Positions 25,990 to 38,671 of a DNA stretch of 64,000 nucleotides are shown here, in pieces. A model generated the notes under the pieces. The model worked only from the letters and a program-made list of their open reading frames with translations, was not told the origin of the DNA and made no database searches. The DNA is taken from assembly GCA_964016885.1 (NCBI GenBank), contig OZ024742.1:69440001-69504000 (forward strand). The letters run 5' to 3'. The position numbers and the translations under genes are program-made. The first letter of the stretch is position 1. Each line of letters starts with the position of its first letter. Source of the DNA: Eledone cirrhosa (Eukaryota).

Positions 25990-27909
25990 AAAGATGTTTG
26001 GTGTGTGGCTGCATGGCAGGAGAGGCTCTTGGTTTAGCTAAGAGGTCAAAGAAGTCATCGGAGCAAAGAAGACCTACAAAGCTTGGCTTGATAATAAGTC
26101 CTCCTTTTGCACTAGCGGTACAAGCAGGCACGAAGAATCGCAACAGAGACAGTAAAGACTTTGGGGTTAAGCTGGAATCCGATTTCAGATCTGGTAGACC
26201 ACCCAGAGACTTCGAAATAAGAAGTGCTTCTCCACATCTATCAAGGGTTCTCCTCCCTTTAGGGAGGCACACCCTTGCAATGTGGAGAGAATACTTTGCT
26301 ATTCCCCTAAACAGATCAGAACAACATCTTCTGATATACACAAAGTGGATCTGGAAGCGAAGACTAATCTCTCAGAGGCTGAGGTCATAAGATGAAATAC
26401 GGTCCGAGATGTTATAAGCCTTAAACAGAGAAGGTATTTTCTGGCTGATTCTTGTGTGTCGACTGGACCAGATCTCTGGAAAGGTACCCAAGCAATAGCA
26501 ATTGGAAGTGATAAACTCAATTTTGAAAAAGGAAGACAAGACATTGCTTCAATTATATATTATAAGCCTCCCCGGTAAAGTTTATACTAAGTGTCTGGCA
26601 AGGAGATGTAGGGGATTGTCAAAGCTAGTTGATGAGCAGAGTAATTTTTGACCGGACGCAGAGCCGATCAAATGTTCACACTGAAGCACGTCTTTGAGAA
26701 ATCATGGAAGTACTGCCAAATGGTGTCCCTTTTATTTGTAGAGCTGGAAATGGCATATAACCACATTCCACGAGACGAGAAAGATTGTTCCAATTACAAA
26801 TAGATATCCTTGTTAAGACTCTCCGGTAAATCTATGCCAAGTGTCTGACAAAAATATGCAGGGAGGTTGTTCCTCGGGACCTGCTGTTGAAGGTATTGCG
26901 GGAGTATGAGATCAATGTACAGCTACTGTTACCCGGATGTCTCTATACGAATGTCCAAGTCTTTGTGCTCGGATAAATGGTGCTAAATCGAAACTATTCA
27001 ATGTGGAAATCGGACTCCGCCAGAGAGGCGTACTGTCAGCTTCCCTGTTCATTATTTCCATGAATCGGATTGACATACGCAGCCGGGTCAGAAGTGGTAT
27101 CACGACTGGCAGGTGTAGGATCAGCCGACTGGAATTTGCAAACCGCATTATATTACTTAACTCGTTAGGTGATCTCCGACATGCACTTGAAAGGTTTGAC
27201 GCCGAGTGCTGCATGGCTAGAATGAAGTCAATGCTGCAAAGACTGAGAAACTTTCAAAGAAGCCTGCACAGTACATTCTACATGTGAATGGATTTCCACT
27301 TGAAGTAATTCAAGTATCTTGGGACTATGTTCACGAGTGATGGAAGGCAGGAGGCTGAATTAAGTGCTAGAATTGCGGGAGATGGGCCAGTAATGCGCTA
27401 GCTTCAGCATTCAGTAATCAGAAGAAGGTGGGTAGGTGTAAAAGCCAAACTCGCTATCTTTAGTTCGGTATTCGTGCCAACACTTACGTATGATCATGGA
27501 TCTTGGGTAATGACCAGAAAAATACAAGCGCTCGAAATGGAATTTCTCCGAAAGGTCTCTGGAGTGATATTACTCGATAGAAGGCGCAGTTCTAGTTCAA
27601 AAGTGACTCCAGATAGAGCCGCTACTTCTCTGAATTCGGAGATCACAGCTCCGATATTATGGTCATGTGGTTAGAATGAAAGAATCGCTGGACAGATTTT
27701 ACGTACAAAACCAACTGGCAGGGTACCCAGGAGTAGACCACGAGCATGCTGGTTGGATAACATCCATGAGCTTGGCCCGTCTCGAGGTGTTTGAAGATTC
27801 TGTGGAATAAGTGGGAGAAGAAGAAGAAGAAGAAGAAGAAGAAGAAGAAGAAGAAGAAGAAGAAGAAGAAGAAGAAGAAGAAGAAGAAGAAGAAGAAGAA
27901 GAAGAAGAA
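25990..27909 (+). mobile_element. Degenerate RTE-clade LINE with (GAA)n tail
   Basis: WREYF, LPGKVY, GLRQRGVLS.SLF, PTLTYDHGSW..IQALEMEFLRKV; (GAA)n at 27817-27909. Confidence 0.85.
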
Positions 27910-28589
27910 CGATAGTGAAACAATAATCACCAAACAGTGCCAAAGTCTATTTCACAAACAATCATATACTCACAAACACACACATACATACACATACACA
28001 CACATACATGTGTACACATATCGCCTACAAAGCCTCCTATCTATAGTTTAGTCCATCCTAAGTAAAACATGTTAGAACTAACATCCCAGTTGTAGCAGCT
28101 ATAAACGAAACACAACTTAACTAACCACAACTAAGTATAACTCAGGAGCCAACACGAACTGAGTCACTAGTCACTGCCCCTTAAACAACCAATGCCTAGA
28201 ATCGAATAAAGTCTATAAATGCACGGTATTAACAAAGAATAAGAATTAATAAGAAACCAATATAACCAAAAATATAAGAAACCAATATTATGAAGGATCT
28301 CCTGCCTCACACGGCAGTTTATGAAGAATATTCACAAACATATGACAGTGCACCGAGATTTGATTGATAGCGGGGAAAAAACAAACAAAAAAACACAACA
28401 TTTGTAAATTACTAAAGACTGCAATTATACATTATAATTTTCTGGGAGCAGAGATCACACCTTCTTTCGTCATTTATACACAAAGGAACGTGTTCTGTAA
28501 TAGTCAAACAACCCTTATATCGGCTCTCTAAACTGCATGTAACTTTCTAAAGCCCAAGCTTATCCAGCGAAAGCCTTTCTTCCAGATAA

Positions 28590-28698
28590 TAATTGTTTCT
28601 ACTTTTGGCACAAGGCCAGCAATTATCCCAGTGTATTACTGGTACTTTATTTTATCGATCCCGTAAGGATGACAGGCAAAGTCAACCTCGGCGGGATT
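28590..28698 (-). mobile_element. 5'-truncated SINE
   Basis: Reverse complement of SINE body and tail. Confidence 0.82.
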
Positions 28699-29204
28699 AA
28701 TGAAACAAAATGCTTTATAGCGCTTACTGAAAATGCGCATAATTTTTTTTCTAGCGAGATATTTATTCATTAAGATATTAGGAAGGATAGCTTAAGATCT
28801 AACATACCAAATATATATGAACGTTAAGGATGGTGACATAAACAATTATAAAATGTATTATTCCACTTTAGAACAGTCGTTCTCTCTCTGTGGTTCCAAA
28901 TGAGATATCTACTTGCCGATGAAGTATAATATTCCAGTATAGCTATTTTGAATTTTGAATAAAAGATTGTTCTTTCCAAAAAAAAAAAAAACACGGCACA
29001 CGAGAGATAAAGTGTTCGAATTTTGGCAGGCGCCTATCCCCACTTTTTTACGTCTCTACTGGTATTTCACTCCAATTTCTCAACTATTATGTGTAGTGAT
29101 CGACTATTAATATCCTGGTAATTTGCTTTGGGACGCAAACATCTCATTCCTTAGAATCAAAGAAAGAATACTAGTAGCTAGACTAAAGCCACACATCAAC
29201 AATA

Positions 29205-32200
29205 CTAGCTGACATACCCAGCTTCACCCGGGTAAACAGATGATAAGAGAAGACAGGTAAAAGAGAAAATGACTGTATTGGATGTTTGTCTGGTTGCAGT
29301 AAGAGGCGAGTTCGTGGTGTCTGTGTGATACAAAAAATAGTTTTAAAAATCTTCCAGATATACCAGATTCTTCGTTGTACCGTTTGTGCATAGTATATGA
29401 ACAATTCTAGGTGCTCCCACCTAGAATAGTGACCTCTAGGAGATGGTTCATCTTCTGCCTGACTGTAAAACGTGTACCATTGCATAGACGTGGTTGTTCC
29501 ACGTTTCTCAAAAGGATGAAGGAAGTTCCAATCTTTTATATTATATGTAGATATAGATATAGATAATTAATATAAAAGATGTCCGTCAATGTAAAAAAGG
29601 TCCCTATTTACTTGAAATGGTTTATACAAATGTCAAATTAATATGGATATGGATAACATGCTTATCTATAAGTGGTCAGCTATAATAATAAAACAACAAA
29701 TTATGACACAAAAATTTATTCAGTAATTTCCAGGCTCTTAGCCACTGAGTAATAGACAGTCAATATTGCCCAGAGTTCAACTCGGGGACGTGGCCTGGTT
29801 TGAACTCCAAAAGGCGGATTCTTCTACTTCGAAAATAGAATCGTTTTTCAATATTACTCTAGCCCTGGCCGGCACCAAACTTTTTGCCAGACTCAGCATA
29901 TGATGAGGTTTTATTACCACCGCTATCAGAAGCGATAAATTTGAAGGCAATTTCTACCAATACTTGTTGGTCTTTTTGCTCATTATCGACAATAAATGAC
30001 ATTGAACAGAAATGATAACTCTGTCAAAGCTCACAATACTGATCAAAGGACACCGATGTCTGAATCATTTACGTCGATTATTCATAGCAGTGAAGGCAAT
30101 TTCTACCAATACTTGTTGGTATTTATTGCGCAACATAGCAGTGAGAGCAATTTTTATCAATACTTGTTTGTTTTTATTGCTCATAACGACATTAAATGAC
30201 ATTGAACATAAATGATAACTCTGTTAAAGCTCACAATACAGATCAATGGACACCAATGTCCGAATCATTTACGTCGCTTATTGATGGCATTAAAGATAAG
30301 CATACATCAGCTCAAAGCTTCATTATAGACAATATTCAGGGTTGTTCCTCTGTTAGTGGTATCAATTGCAAATTTTATACCATCAGGATCGCACACTCGA
30401 GATGCAGCAACATACAGTTGCCCATGGCTGAATGCTTGATCATTCAAATAGACACTGACTCGCTTGAAAGTCTGTCCCTGTGCCTTGTTGAGAGTCATGG
30501 AGAAGGCTAAATTGACTGGAAACTGTCTCCTTTGCCAAATGAATGGCAGCAGATCTTCACTTGGTCTCAGCATGATCCTCGGAATGAGAACCGAGTCCTC
30601 TCTGCCTGGGAGTTTAGCTTCTAAAACTCCTCCGTTAATCAATCTCTCAACAATCAATCTGGTACCATTGCAAAGACCCATTTTATGATTGATATTTCTA
30701 AGCAATATAATCGGCATACCCTTTTTCAACCTCAAGATATGTTGGGGGAATCCGGGTATTTGAAGTGAATTCAGATAGTCAGTCAGAACATCCATATTGC
30801 TCTGCTGATGAGGCTTCATTGCATTCGCACTGACAGTCAACCATTCCTCTCCAGGAAACATTCCGGGGACTTGTGAATTTATTTCATCGACCGTTGCATT
30901 CGTATGAGTTAGAATAACGCGTTCCGATATCCAGGAGATATTCTGCCAAAAAGCATTCAAATTAGGGAACACCCAGTCAGTCAATGCTTGGCGGTCCAGT
31001 GGCATGACCAAATGGTCTGGGATACTTACAGTCTGATTATCACCAACGTGTGGCAATTCATCGTTTCCCAACCGCATCAACCATCGGCCGTATGTCTCAG
31101 CCTCTTGGTTTTGCCCGATCATTCAAAGTCGCATATTATCGTGTAATCGCAAAACTCTGAAATGGCGCCACAACGGGGACTTTTTCAGACATGCATCGAC
31201 AATTTGCGCTCTTTCAGCATTCCTAACAATTGGTAGCACCTGTCTGAAATCGCCACCAAGAACGACAGTCTTACCACCGAATGGCAGGTCACTACCGCAG
31301 ATATCTCTCAATGGTCTGTCCAATGCCTCCAGCAAATATATGTGTGCCATTGGAGCCTCGTCCCAAATAATCAGAGACGTATTGCGTACAAAGCCCGCGA
31401 GTTCACTTTGTCCTGTAATGTTACAGACACTCAACTCATCCGGAGCCAATGGAGCCTTGAAGCATGAGTGGAAGGTCCTTCCACCACTCAGCAAAGTGGC
31501 AGCGATCCCACTGGTGGCCACTGGGAGAGCAATCTTCCTCTGAGTTCTGACTGCCGATAACATAGTGTTGAAACAGAATGTCTTTCCGGTGCCTCCTGGA
31601 GCATCTATGAAAGCACAAAGTTGCTCATTAGTGGAAATCGAGCGGAGAACGCGATCGACCAATTCTCTCTGAGATTAGGTCAACATTGGCATACGTTCAT
31701 CCACAATACGTTGCTGTTCCAGTGGATCAAACTGGAATAGTTCTCTCCGATCGAGTGGCAACCGTCTAAGCTGCAATATCGTTGCAATCTCGTTGCCGCA
31801 TTTCTTCATCAGGAATTGGCAAATTGAAATCTGTTAAACATTTGAAATGAACTTCAAGCAGTTGCTCAATATTGAGCAAAACAATAGATTCCATCAAATT
31901 TTCATCATCCACCTGAAGATGATGCCTAAAATCATCAGCTATAATTCCCCAATGGCGTTCAAATAACTCTCTTGGATCGGCAGGATTGCAGAATCCTAGA
32001 ATCGTGACAAACAACTACCTTATTTGAGCTGGCATCTGTGTTGTTCCTGCAGCTTCCATGGCGTTATTACATTCAGCGTCATCCTAAATGAGTCCCAGAT
32101 GCTGACACACAGCCTGGTATGTTTCATATTCCACGCCATTGATTGTTTTCAAATCAGCGAAGCTCCGTTTACCTCTCGAAAAATCATTATGCAGCATAAT

Positions 32201-35200
32201 TCGGAGATAAAACACATCACCAGATGCGGGTGGACATTACAAACCCGTCCAATAGTCATGATTCTCAACTTTTGTTTTCTATCATTCATTTCTTTCTCTT
32301 CTTATCCCACGAATAGTGCAAAGGGAAATCGCAGTAGAGTTGCCTTTGATCCAGGTTCAAAGCATGTTCCCTATTATACTTGAACCACTCAGTCAATTCC
32401 GTCTTAGGAGGTGGTGCGTTAGCAATTCTTTCGACACCTCTTCTAGTGTCCTGAAAACAGAGCATTTGCCTATTCTCTAATTGAATCATTAGTTTCTGAA
32501 CGCTGGGTTTTTGTTCATTGAGATCAAAATCGAACATCTCCAGCAAGCTTCGCTAGATCCAATCGGGCGAACATCCTGGAACCTGCCAACTTCATTTCCT
32601 TGGTTCGCTTGCTCATTCCTGACATTGATCATTGCCCGATCATGACCTTTGTAAACATATTTGAATAGATATTTGCAAGCTTTCACTGAGCTACAAATTT
32701 CCACATTAATATGACAACGATATTTCATAATCAAATATGGATTGTATGGCATAATCCATTGATTTGTAACCTGTCGACCGTTTACATTTTCGACCAAACC
32801 GCCATCTGCAGGCAACCGTCTTCTGTATGAGGGAGAGCATCCCCATCGTTCCAGGAAGTGTTTGTGACAAAGATTTCGGAAAGTGCTTACTGCATTGGCC
32901 ATTTTTCATGCAAGGGGCTTTCCGATTTGCCACTCCGCATTGGTTGTGCACCATTGACTTTGACACCAAGTTGCGTAGTGCCTCATTCTCCGGCAGTTCA
33001 GCACACACAATGCTCTCGACATCCTCAGCACATCTCAATTTGCAATCTCTATGTAAAATGCTCAGCAAATGTGCATGTGGCAATCCTCTTTTTTGGAATT
33101 CAATTATGTATATAAAAGCAACTATAGCTCCAAAGATTCCCTCTTTTTCCACATCATCCATTATCTTTTTCAGATATCCTTTGAATACTCTTGCCACAAT
33201 ATCAGGACGGTCCTTTGGCTATTGTCCTGGCAAAAGTGCATCCTTAATATCAGTTCATTCAGGATTGCATGTAACCGTTATAAACAAATCTGGCTTTCCA
33301 AACTTTCTGACAATAGCCATTGCATCCTGATAGCGAATGTTCATATATCTCGGGCCGCCGATGAGCGACGATGGCAAAATGATGCGTCGACCAATTTGCT
33401 TGTAATTGGCATCATCGGCTGTTATCGCATCCTGTATATTATTATACAATTCAGCTCTGATATGTTGCTGATGTGTAGCTATATAATTTAGCCTTTCATT
33501 TTCGATCTTTGCGAATGTCATACAACAGTATTCCTGGAACAATCTGCTGGCTTGAAATAGCGCATTTCTCTGTTGATTCCTCTCGTTCAAATGTAACGCG
33601 TAAAAGTCGCGAATCGAATTATTGTGTCTATTGCCACCTCCCTGTTGATGCTGATTCTCACGATCATCTAAATGAACAGACATGTTCCATCCATTTTCAC
33701 CTTTTGGGAATAAAAGAACATAATGCAATGGATCGTATGCCCTATTTGACTCATTGATAGTCTTGAGACCACCATCTCTGCGATTGAGGACGTTATCTCT
33801 CGATCCAGGCTTATCGTCTATCAACACAGCAACTTCACGAAATCCTTCAGGGGCATTATATCGGCGTTCGTGTTGATTCCTTGGCACTGCGTCAGCCGTA
33901 ATCACCAATGTTTGCTGCTGAATATTTTGCAGTTCAGCCATCAACATGAAATCCATAACATAAGGATTACACTGTCTAAGCCATGATTGCAAATCACGGA
34001 TCAAATCACTTAACCTTTGCCGTTCAAGTTCCGTTATATTTCCCGGCAACTTCATCCAACCGATCTTCCTCCGATTCACTATAATCTGGATCGTTAACGT
34101 AAATTTGAGAGAATCGAGGACTCTCTCCTGGGGAAACTTCTAAATTACCGATGCAATGATGCAAACGGCCTTGAATGACTACATTCGGTTGCCATGCTCC
34201 ACCCTCAAACATCTCACTAACTCTCTGCGATGCTAAAGCTAGTGAATTTTTAATTTGCCGCGAACATTTGCGCAGTAATCTACCTCGGTCTCCTTGATCA
34301 CCCCACATACATAGTATTTTAAACTCCGGTGACACCTCATCATCCGGTATTCGCAAGGGTTCTAGTTGAACTGCTCCTTTTTGACAGCACATTGTAATCC
34401 ACATCTTTTCGAGCCTCAAAAGCAATGCTCCACAATGTGGACACTCTGCTCATCCACCAATCTGAAAATGACACGGCTGCCATGATCCATTTTTAATATC
34501 ATTCGTTCGCCTTCTGGCCTCTTTACTGGAATGAGGAGCACTTTGGCAACAATTGCTCCGAACTTCTGTATTGCGCTGGCGCTGTTCAGCCAGCTCTTCT
34601 TCATCCATCGCAGCACGCCGTTGGTGCTGAATTCTGGCCATCTGCTGATGATGCTCAGCCAGTTCGTCTTCAACCATCTCAGCACGCCGTCGCTGCTTGA
34701 CTCCAGTGTTTCGTTGGCGTTGTTCAGCCAGCTCTTCTTCATTCATGGCGGCACGTCCTCGCCTCTGAAGTTCGGCGTTCCGATGGCACTGTTCGGCCCG
34801 TTTTTCTTTATTACTGGCTCCACGCCTTCGCCACTGTAGTTCACTGTTTGTTAAAGTCGAATTGCTTTTATTATCAGTATTCATTTCGAACAATTGTAAA
34901 AGAATGACACAATAATAAACATAAAAGATGTTCGTCAATGTAAAAAAAAGGTCCCTATTTACTCTCTTCACAACTCTGTGTATGTTAGACTGACAGACAG
35001 GCACACAGACAGATAAACCGCGTGGCGATTGTGGAACGCCACACACATACACGCATGGAAACGCGCACACGCACGCAAACTTACACACGCACACACTCAC
35101 ACATGTTGATAGTTTTTGCTTTCTGTGGAATGCTGCACGCAAACACACATAAACATACGCGCACGTACATACACACGCACACATGTTAATAATTATTGAA

Positions 35201-35361
35201 CACAGCGTTCACACTCTCCCCTCTCACTCCCTCATTGGCATTATGCATATTAATTTCAGTTTGGCGTCGTTGAGGTGGGCGGAGTCGTTTGAAACCTATG
35301 GACCAATGATAATCGAGAATTATGACACGGAATACTAACGTTCTTGAAATTAATAAATAGA
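29205..35361 (-). mobile_element. Autonomous-type Helitron, disabled
   Basis: 5' TCTATTTATT at 35361; 3' hairpin ACCCGG-GTGAAG-CTGGGT plus CTAG|T at 29205; RepHel coding remnants inside. Confidence 0.92.
30307..34884 (-). pseudogene. Helitron RepHel (HUH Rep + PIF1-family helicase), frameshifted
   Basis: N-terminal 23-aa charged repeats and C2C2 finger. Rep motifs PDLFITVTCNP, EFQKRGLPHAH, YLFKYVYKGHD. Helicase motifs PGGTGKT, IIWDEAPM, GGDFRQ, RQFP..MTLNKAQGQT, FSHGQLYVAASRV. Confidence 0.95.
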
Positions 35362-36409
35362 CTAGCTGACGTACCCAGCTTCGCCTGGGTAACAGATGAT
35401 AAGAGAAGACAGGTATAAGAGAAGACAGGTAAAAGAGGAAATGACTGTATTGGATGTTTGTCTGGTTACAGTATGAGGCGAGTCCGTGGTGTCTGTGTGA
35501 TACAAAAGAAGTAAAAAAAATCTTCCAGATATGCCAGATTCTTCGTAGTACCGTTTGTGCATAGTATATGAACAATTCTAGGTGCTCCCACCTAGAATAG
35601 TGACCTCTAGGAGATGGTTCATCTTCTTCCTGACTGCAAAACGTGTAACATTTCATAGACGTGGTTGTTCCACGTTTCTCAAAAGGATGATGGAAGTTCC
35701 AATCTTTTATATTATATGTAGATATAGATATAGATAATTAATATAAAAGATGATGCTCAGTCAGTTCGTCTTCAACCATCGCAGCACGCCGTCGCTGCTT
35801 GGCTCCAGTGTTTCGTTGGCATTGTTCAGCCAGATCTTCTTCATTCATGGCTGCACGCCGTCGCCGTTGTTGTTCACTGTTTGATAAAGTCGAATTGCTT
35901 TTATTATCAGTATTCATTTCGAGCAATTGTAAAAAAATGACACAATAATAAATATAAAAGATGTCTGTTAATGTAAAAAGAGGTCCCCATTTACTCCCTT
36001 CACAACTCTGTATGTTAGACTGACAGACAGGCACACAGACAGATAAACTGCGTGGAGATTGTGGAACGCCCCACGTACACACACATACACACATGGAAAC
36101 GCGCACACGCTCGCAAACTTACACACGCACGCAAACTTACACACGCACCCGTGCACTTACACACACCTACACATGTTGATAGTTTTTACCTCTGTGGAAC
36201 GCTGCACGCACGCACACATGGTAATAGTTACAGCGTTCTCTTTGCCTCTCTGTTTCTTACTCTTCCCTCTCACTCCCTCATTGGCATTATGCGTAATAAT
36301 TTAAGTTTGGCGTCGTTGAGGTGGGCGGAGTCATTTGAAACCTATGAACCAATGATAATCGAAAATTATGACACACGCAATACTGACGTTGTTGAAAGTA
36401 ATATATAGA
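35362..36409 (-). mobile_element. 1-kb Helitron deletion derivative joined head-to-tail to the large copy
   Basis: A|TCTATATATT start at 36409, same leader and MNTDNKSN start, then the same 3' module ending ACCCAG-GCGAAG-CTGGGT..CTAG at 35362. Confidence 0.88.
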
Positions 36410-36703
36410 TGTTAGAACTTAGCACGCAATACTTAATATAAAATCGCACACACGTAAATTCTGATATGATAATGCACACACGCATAATAGCTAATTCAAA
36501 AGACAATTAAACTATACACGCAACATTCCACATATACACGCGCGCATACACATGTCCAAATACATAAACCAATTTATTACAACTTGACACAACGTTTGCA
36601 CCAAATGATTTGACGTAAAAGCATAAACAAAAGCACACAACATTTGGCAAGAACACTTGTTTCTTATTGTAGTCATCTGACGAAGTGTTTTAGATACCAA
36701 CAT

Positions 36704-36748
<45 letters not shown>

Positions 36749-36894
36749 GAGCGAGAGAAAGAGGGAGAGAGAGAGAGAGAGAAAGAAAGAGAGAGAGAGA
36801 TAGGGAAATAATAAGTAGAGGTGTATATATGGATACTGTATACATGCACAAATAAATACATAAATGCATGTATACATACATATATACATACATA

Positions 36895-37505
36895 TGTGGT
36901 GGCTGCCAACTCGTTTTCGAGTACGGCCACTACTTCATATCCGTGTAGGAGAACCCCTACCGATGCGCTGAACGAGTGTGACTTTTTAGTCCAGCCAGCA
37001 ACTTGAAAACTCTGGTACAAACACTACACTTGTGACAATTATTGACACATAGTGCTGGGCCCATGGTACCATGTGACGACAAGTGCAGAGAGATCTCCAG
37101 ATATAAAGCAATGCCTGTGCCGTGAAGCTTTTATAGTGAGCAAAGGCACTGCACAAAGCCAGTCCCACTCTCTTAACCAAGATGATATTTACCAAAAAGA
37201 AGAACAAGTCAACATCATTGGATACCATCAGAGTTGCAGGTATTATATCAGAGTTTTCCTTCTCCTAGAATTCTGCCTTGACAAAGGCTAAGGGGTCATC
37301 TCTCCCGGCGATTTTGGATGGCCATTGACTCTTAAGAGCTCCTTTGCCCTTTGACAGGTTTTGTTTTTAGTCCTGTAGGATGTCCAAAGTCACCCTCCTC
37401 ACCAAGAAACCTTGGTGGGGTTGCCAGTTTAGTCGCCAACGACCCGACCATGAGACTGGTTGTACTGGGATACATGTTACCAGTAGCACCAACTGGTGAC
37501 CTGAC
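36895..37505 (-). mobile_element. Non-autonomous bipartite RTE-derived element, copy 1
   Basis: RTE 5'-UTR-like CTAGGAGAAGGAAAACTCTGA fused to an RTE-type C-terminal finger HKCSVCTRVFKLLAGLKSHTRSAH* and a 3' hairpin; (TATG)n flanks. Confidence 0.75.
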
Positions 37506-37546
37506 ATACATACATACATACATACATACATACATACATACATACA

Positions 37547-37577
<31 letters not shown>

Positions 37578-37579
37578 TA

Positions 37580-38105
37580 TTAGCAGCCATTCCGTGATCG
37601 AATATGGCAATCAAACGACCTCAAATTGAGTCCTGTGAGGGTAGCAAACGAATCCAATCATTTACATCATTCAAAGAACAGACTATATCGAGTGATACCT
37701 GTGCGTGAAGCTTTTTATTGTGAGAAAAGATCGTACACTGGACAAATCCCCCACACAGAGCAACAAAAGATATAATTCGAAAAGAAGAAAAGATCAATGT
37801 CATTGGTTATCATTGAGTAACTGGTTCACATCAAATTTTCTCTCTTCCAGAAAGATATTCTTTCGCGGACCAAGGGTCTCTCACTCCTAGTATCTCTCAC
37901 TCTGTATCTCGCGCACCTAGACACAAATCTGAGTATTTTAATGTCCCTGAGCATATATGCATATTATTGGATAGTCGTTACAGCCATGAGTTTCTCCGAC
38001 TTTTTACGGGTTTTCTTTTTTATCCCGCAGGATGTTCAAAAATTATCCCCCTCACTGAGCAAGCTGTACTGGATTACATTTTACAGTAGCGCTCGAGAGT
38101 GACCA
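37580..38105 (-). mobile_element. Related non-autonomous element, copy 2 (diverged)
   Basis: Start GGTCACTCTCGAGCGCTACTG and internal blocks shared with copies 1 and 3. Confidence 0.6.
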
Positions 38106-38126
38106 AAGCATAAAACATACATATAT

Positions 38127-38590
38127 GATGGCTGCAAAATGTGCTAAGAGTACTACAATCGCTTGTCATATTATAGAGTTTGGTGCACTTTTAGGCTACG
38201 GCCAGCCACACGACCCTGTAACATATCCTGAACAAGCAATGCCTGTGCTTTAACAACACTGCCCGAAAAGGAGAACTGGTCAACATCATTGGATGCTTCC
38301 GAAGCCGCAGATTTATTTTTTCAGAGTTTCCCTCACCCAGAAAAGTGTTGTGATAACAACTGGGGGCATTTCACTTCCAGGTGAACAAAAAGTACTATTT
38401 GGATGACCGTTGACTTTGCTGAGTTCGTCCGCTATTTTCCGGGTCTTGTATTTCATCAAGAAGGTTGTCCAAATATCCTCCTCCTCACCAAGCTAGCTTG
38501 GTGGGGTTGCCGGTTTAGTCGCCGACGACCCGACCATAAGACAGGCTGTACTGGGTTACATGTTACCAGTAGCACTCGAGAGCGACCTGA
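38127..38590 (-). mobile_element. Related non-autonomous element, copy 3
   Basis: Start CAGGTCGCTCTCGAGTGCTACTGG, GGGAAACTCTGA motif, GCAGCCATC 3' end. Confidence 0.72.
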
Positions 38591-38636
38591 CATACATACA
38601 TACATACATACATACATACATACATACATACATACA

Positions 38637-38669
<33 letters not shown>

Positions 38670-38671
<2 letters not shown>

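Noticed and set aside
30307-31662. Host PIF1 helicase gene
   Set aside because: It is contiguous with HUH Rep motifs and Helitron termini, intronless and frameshifted.
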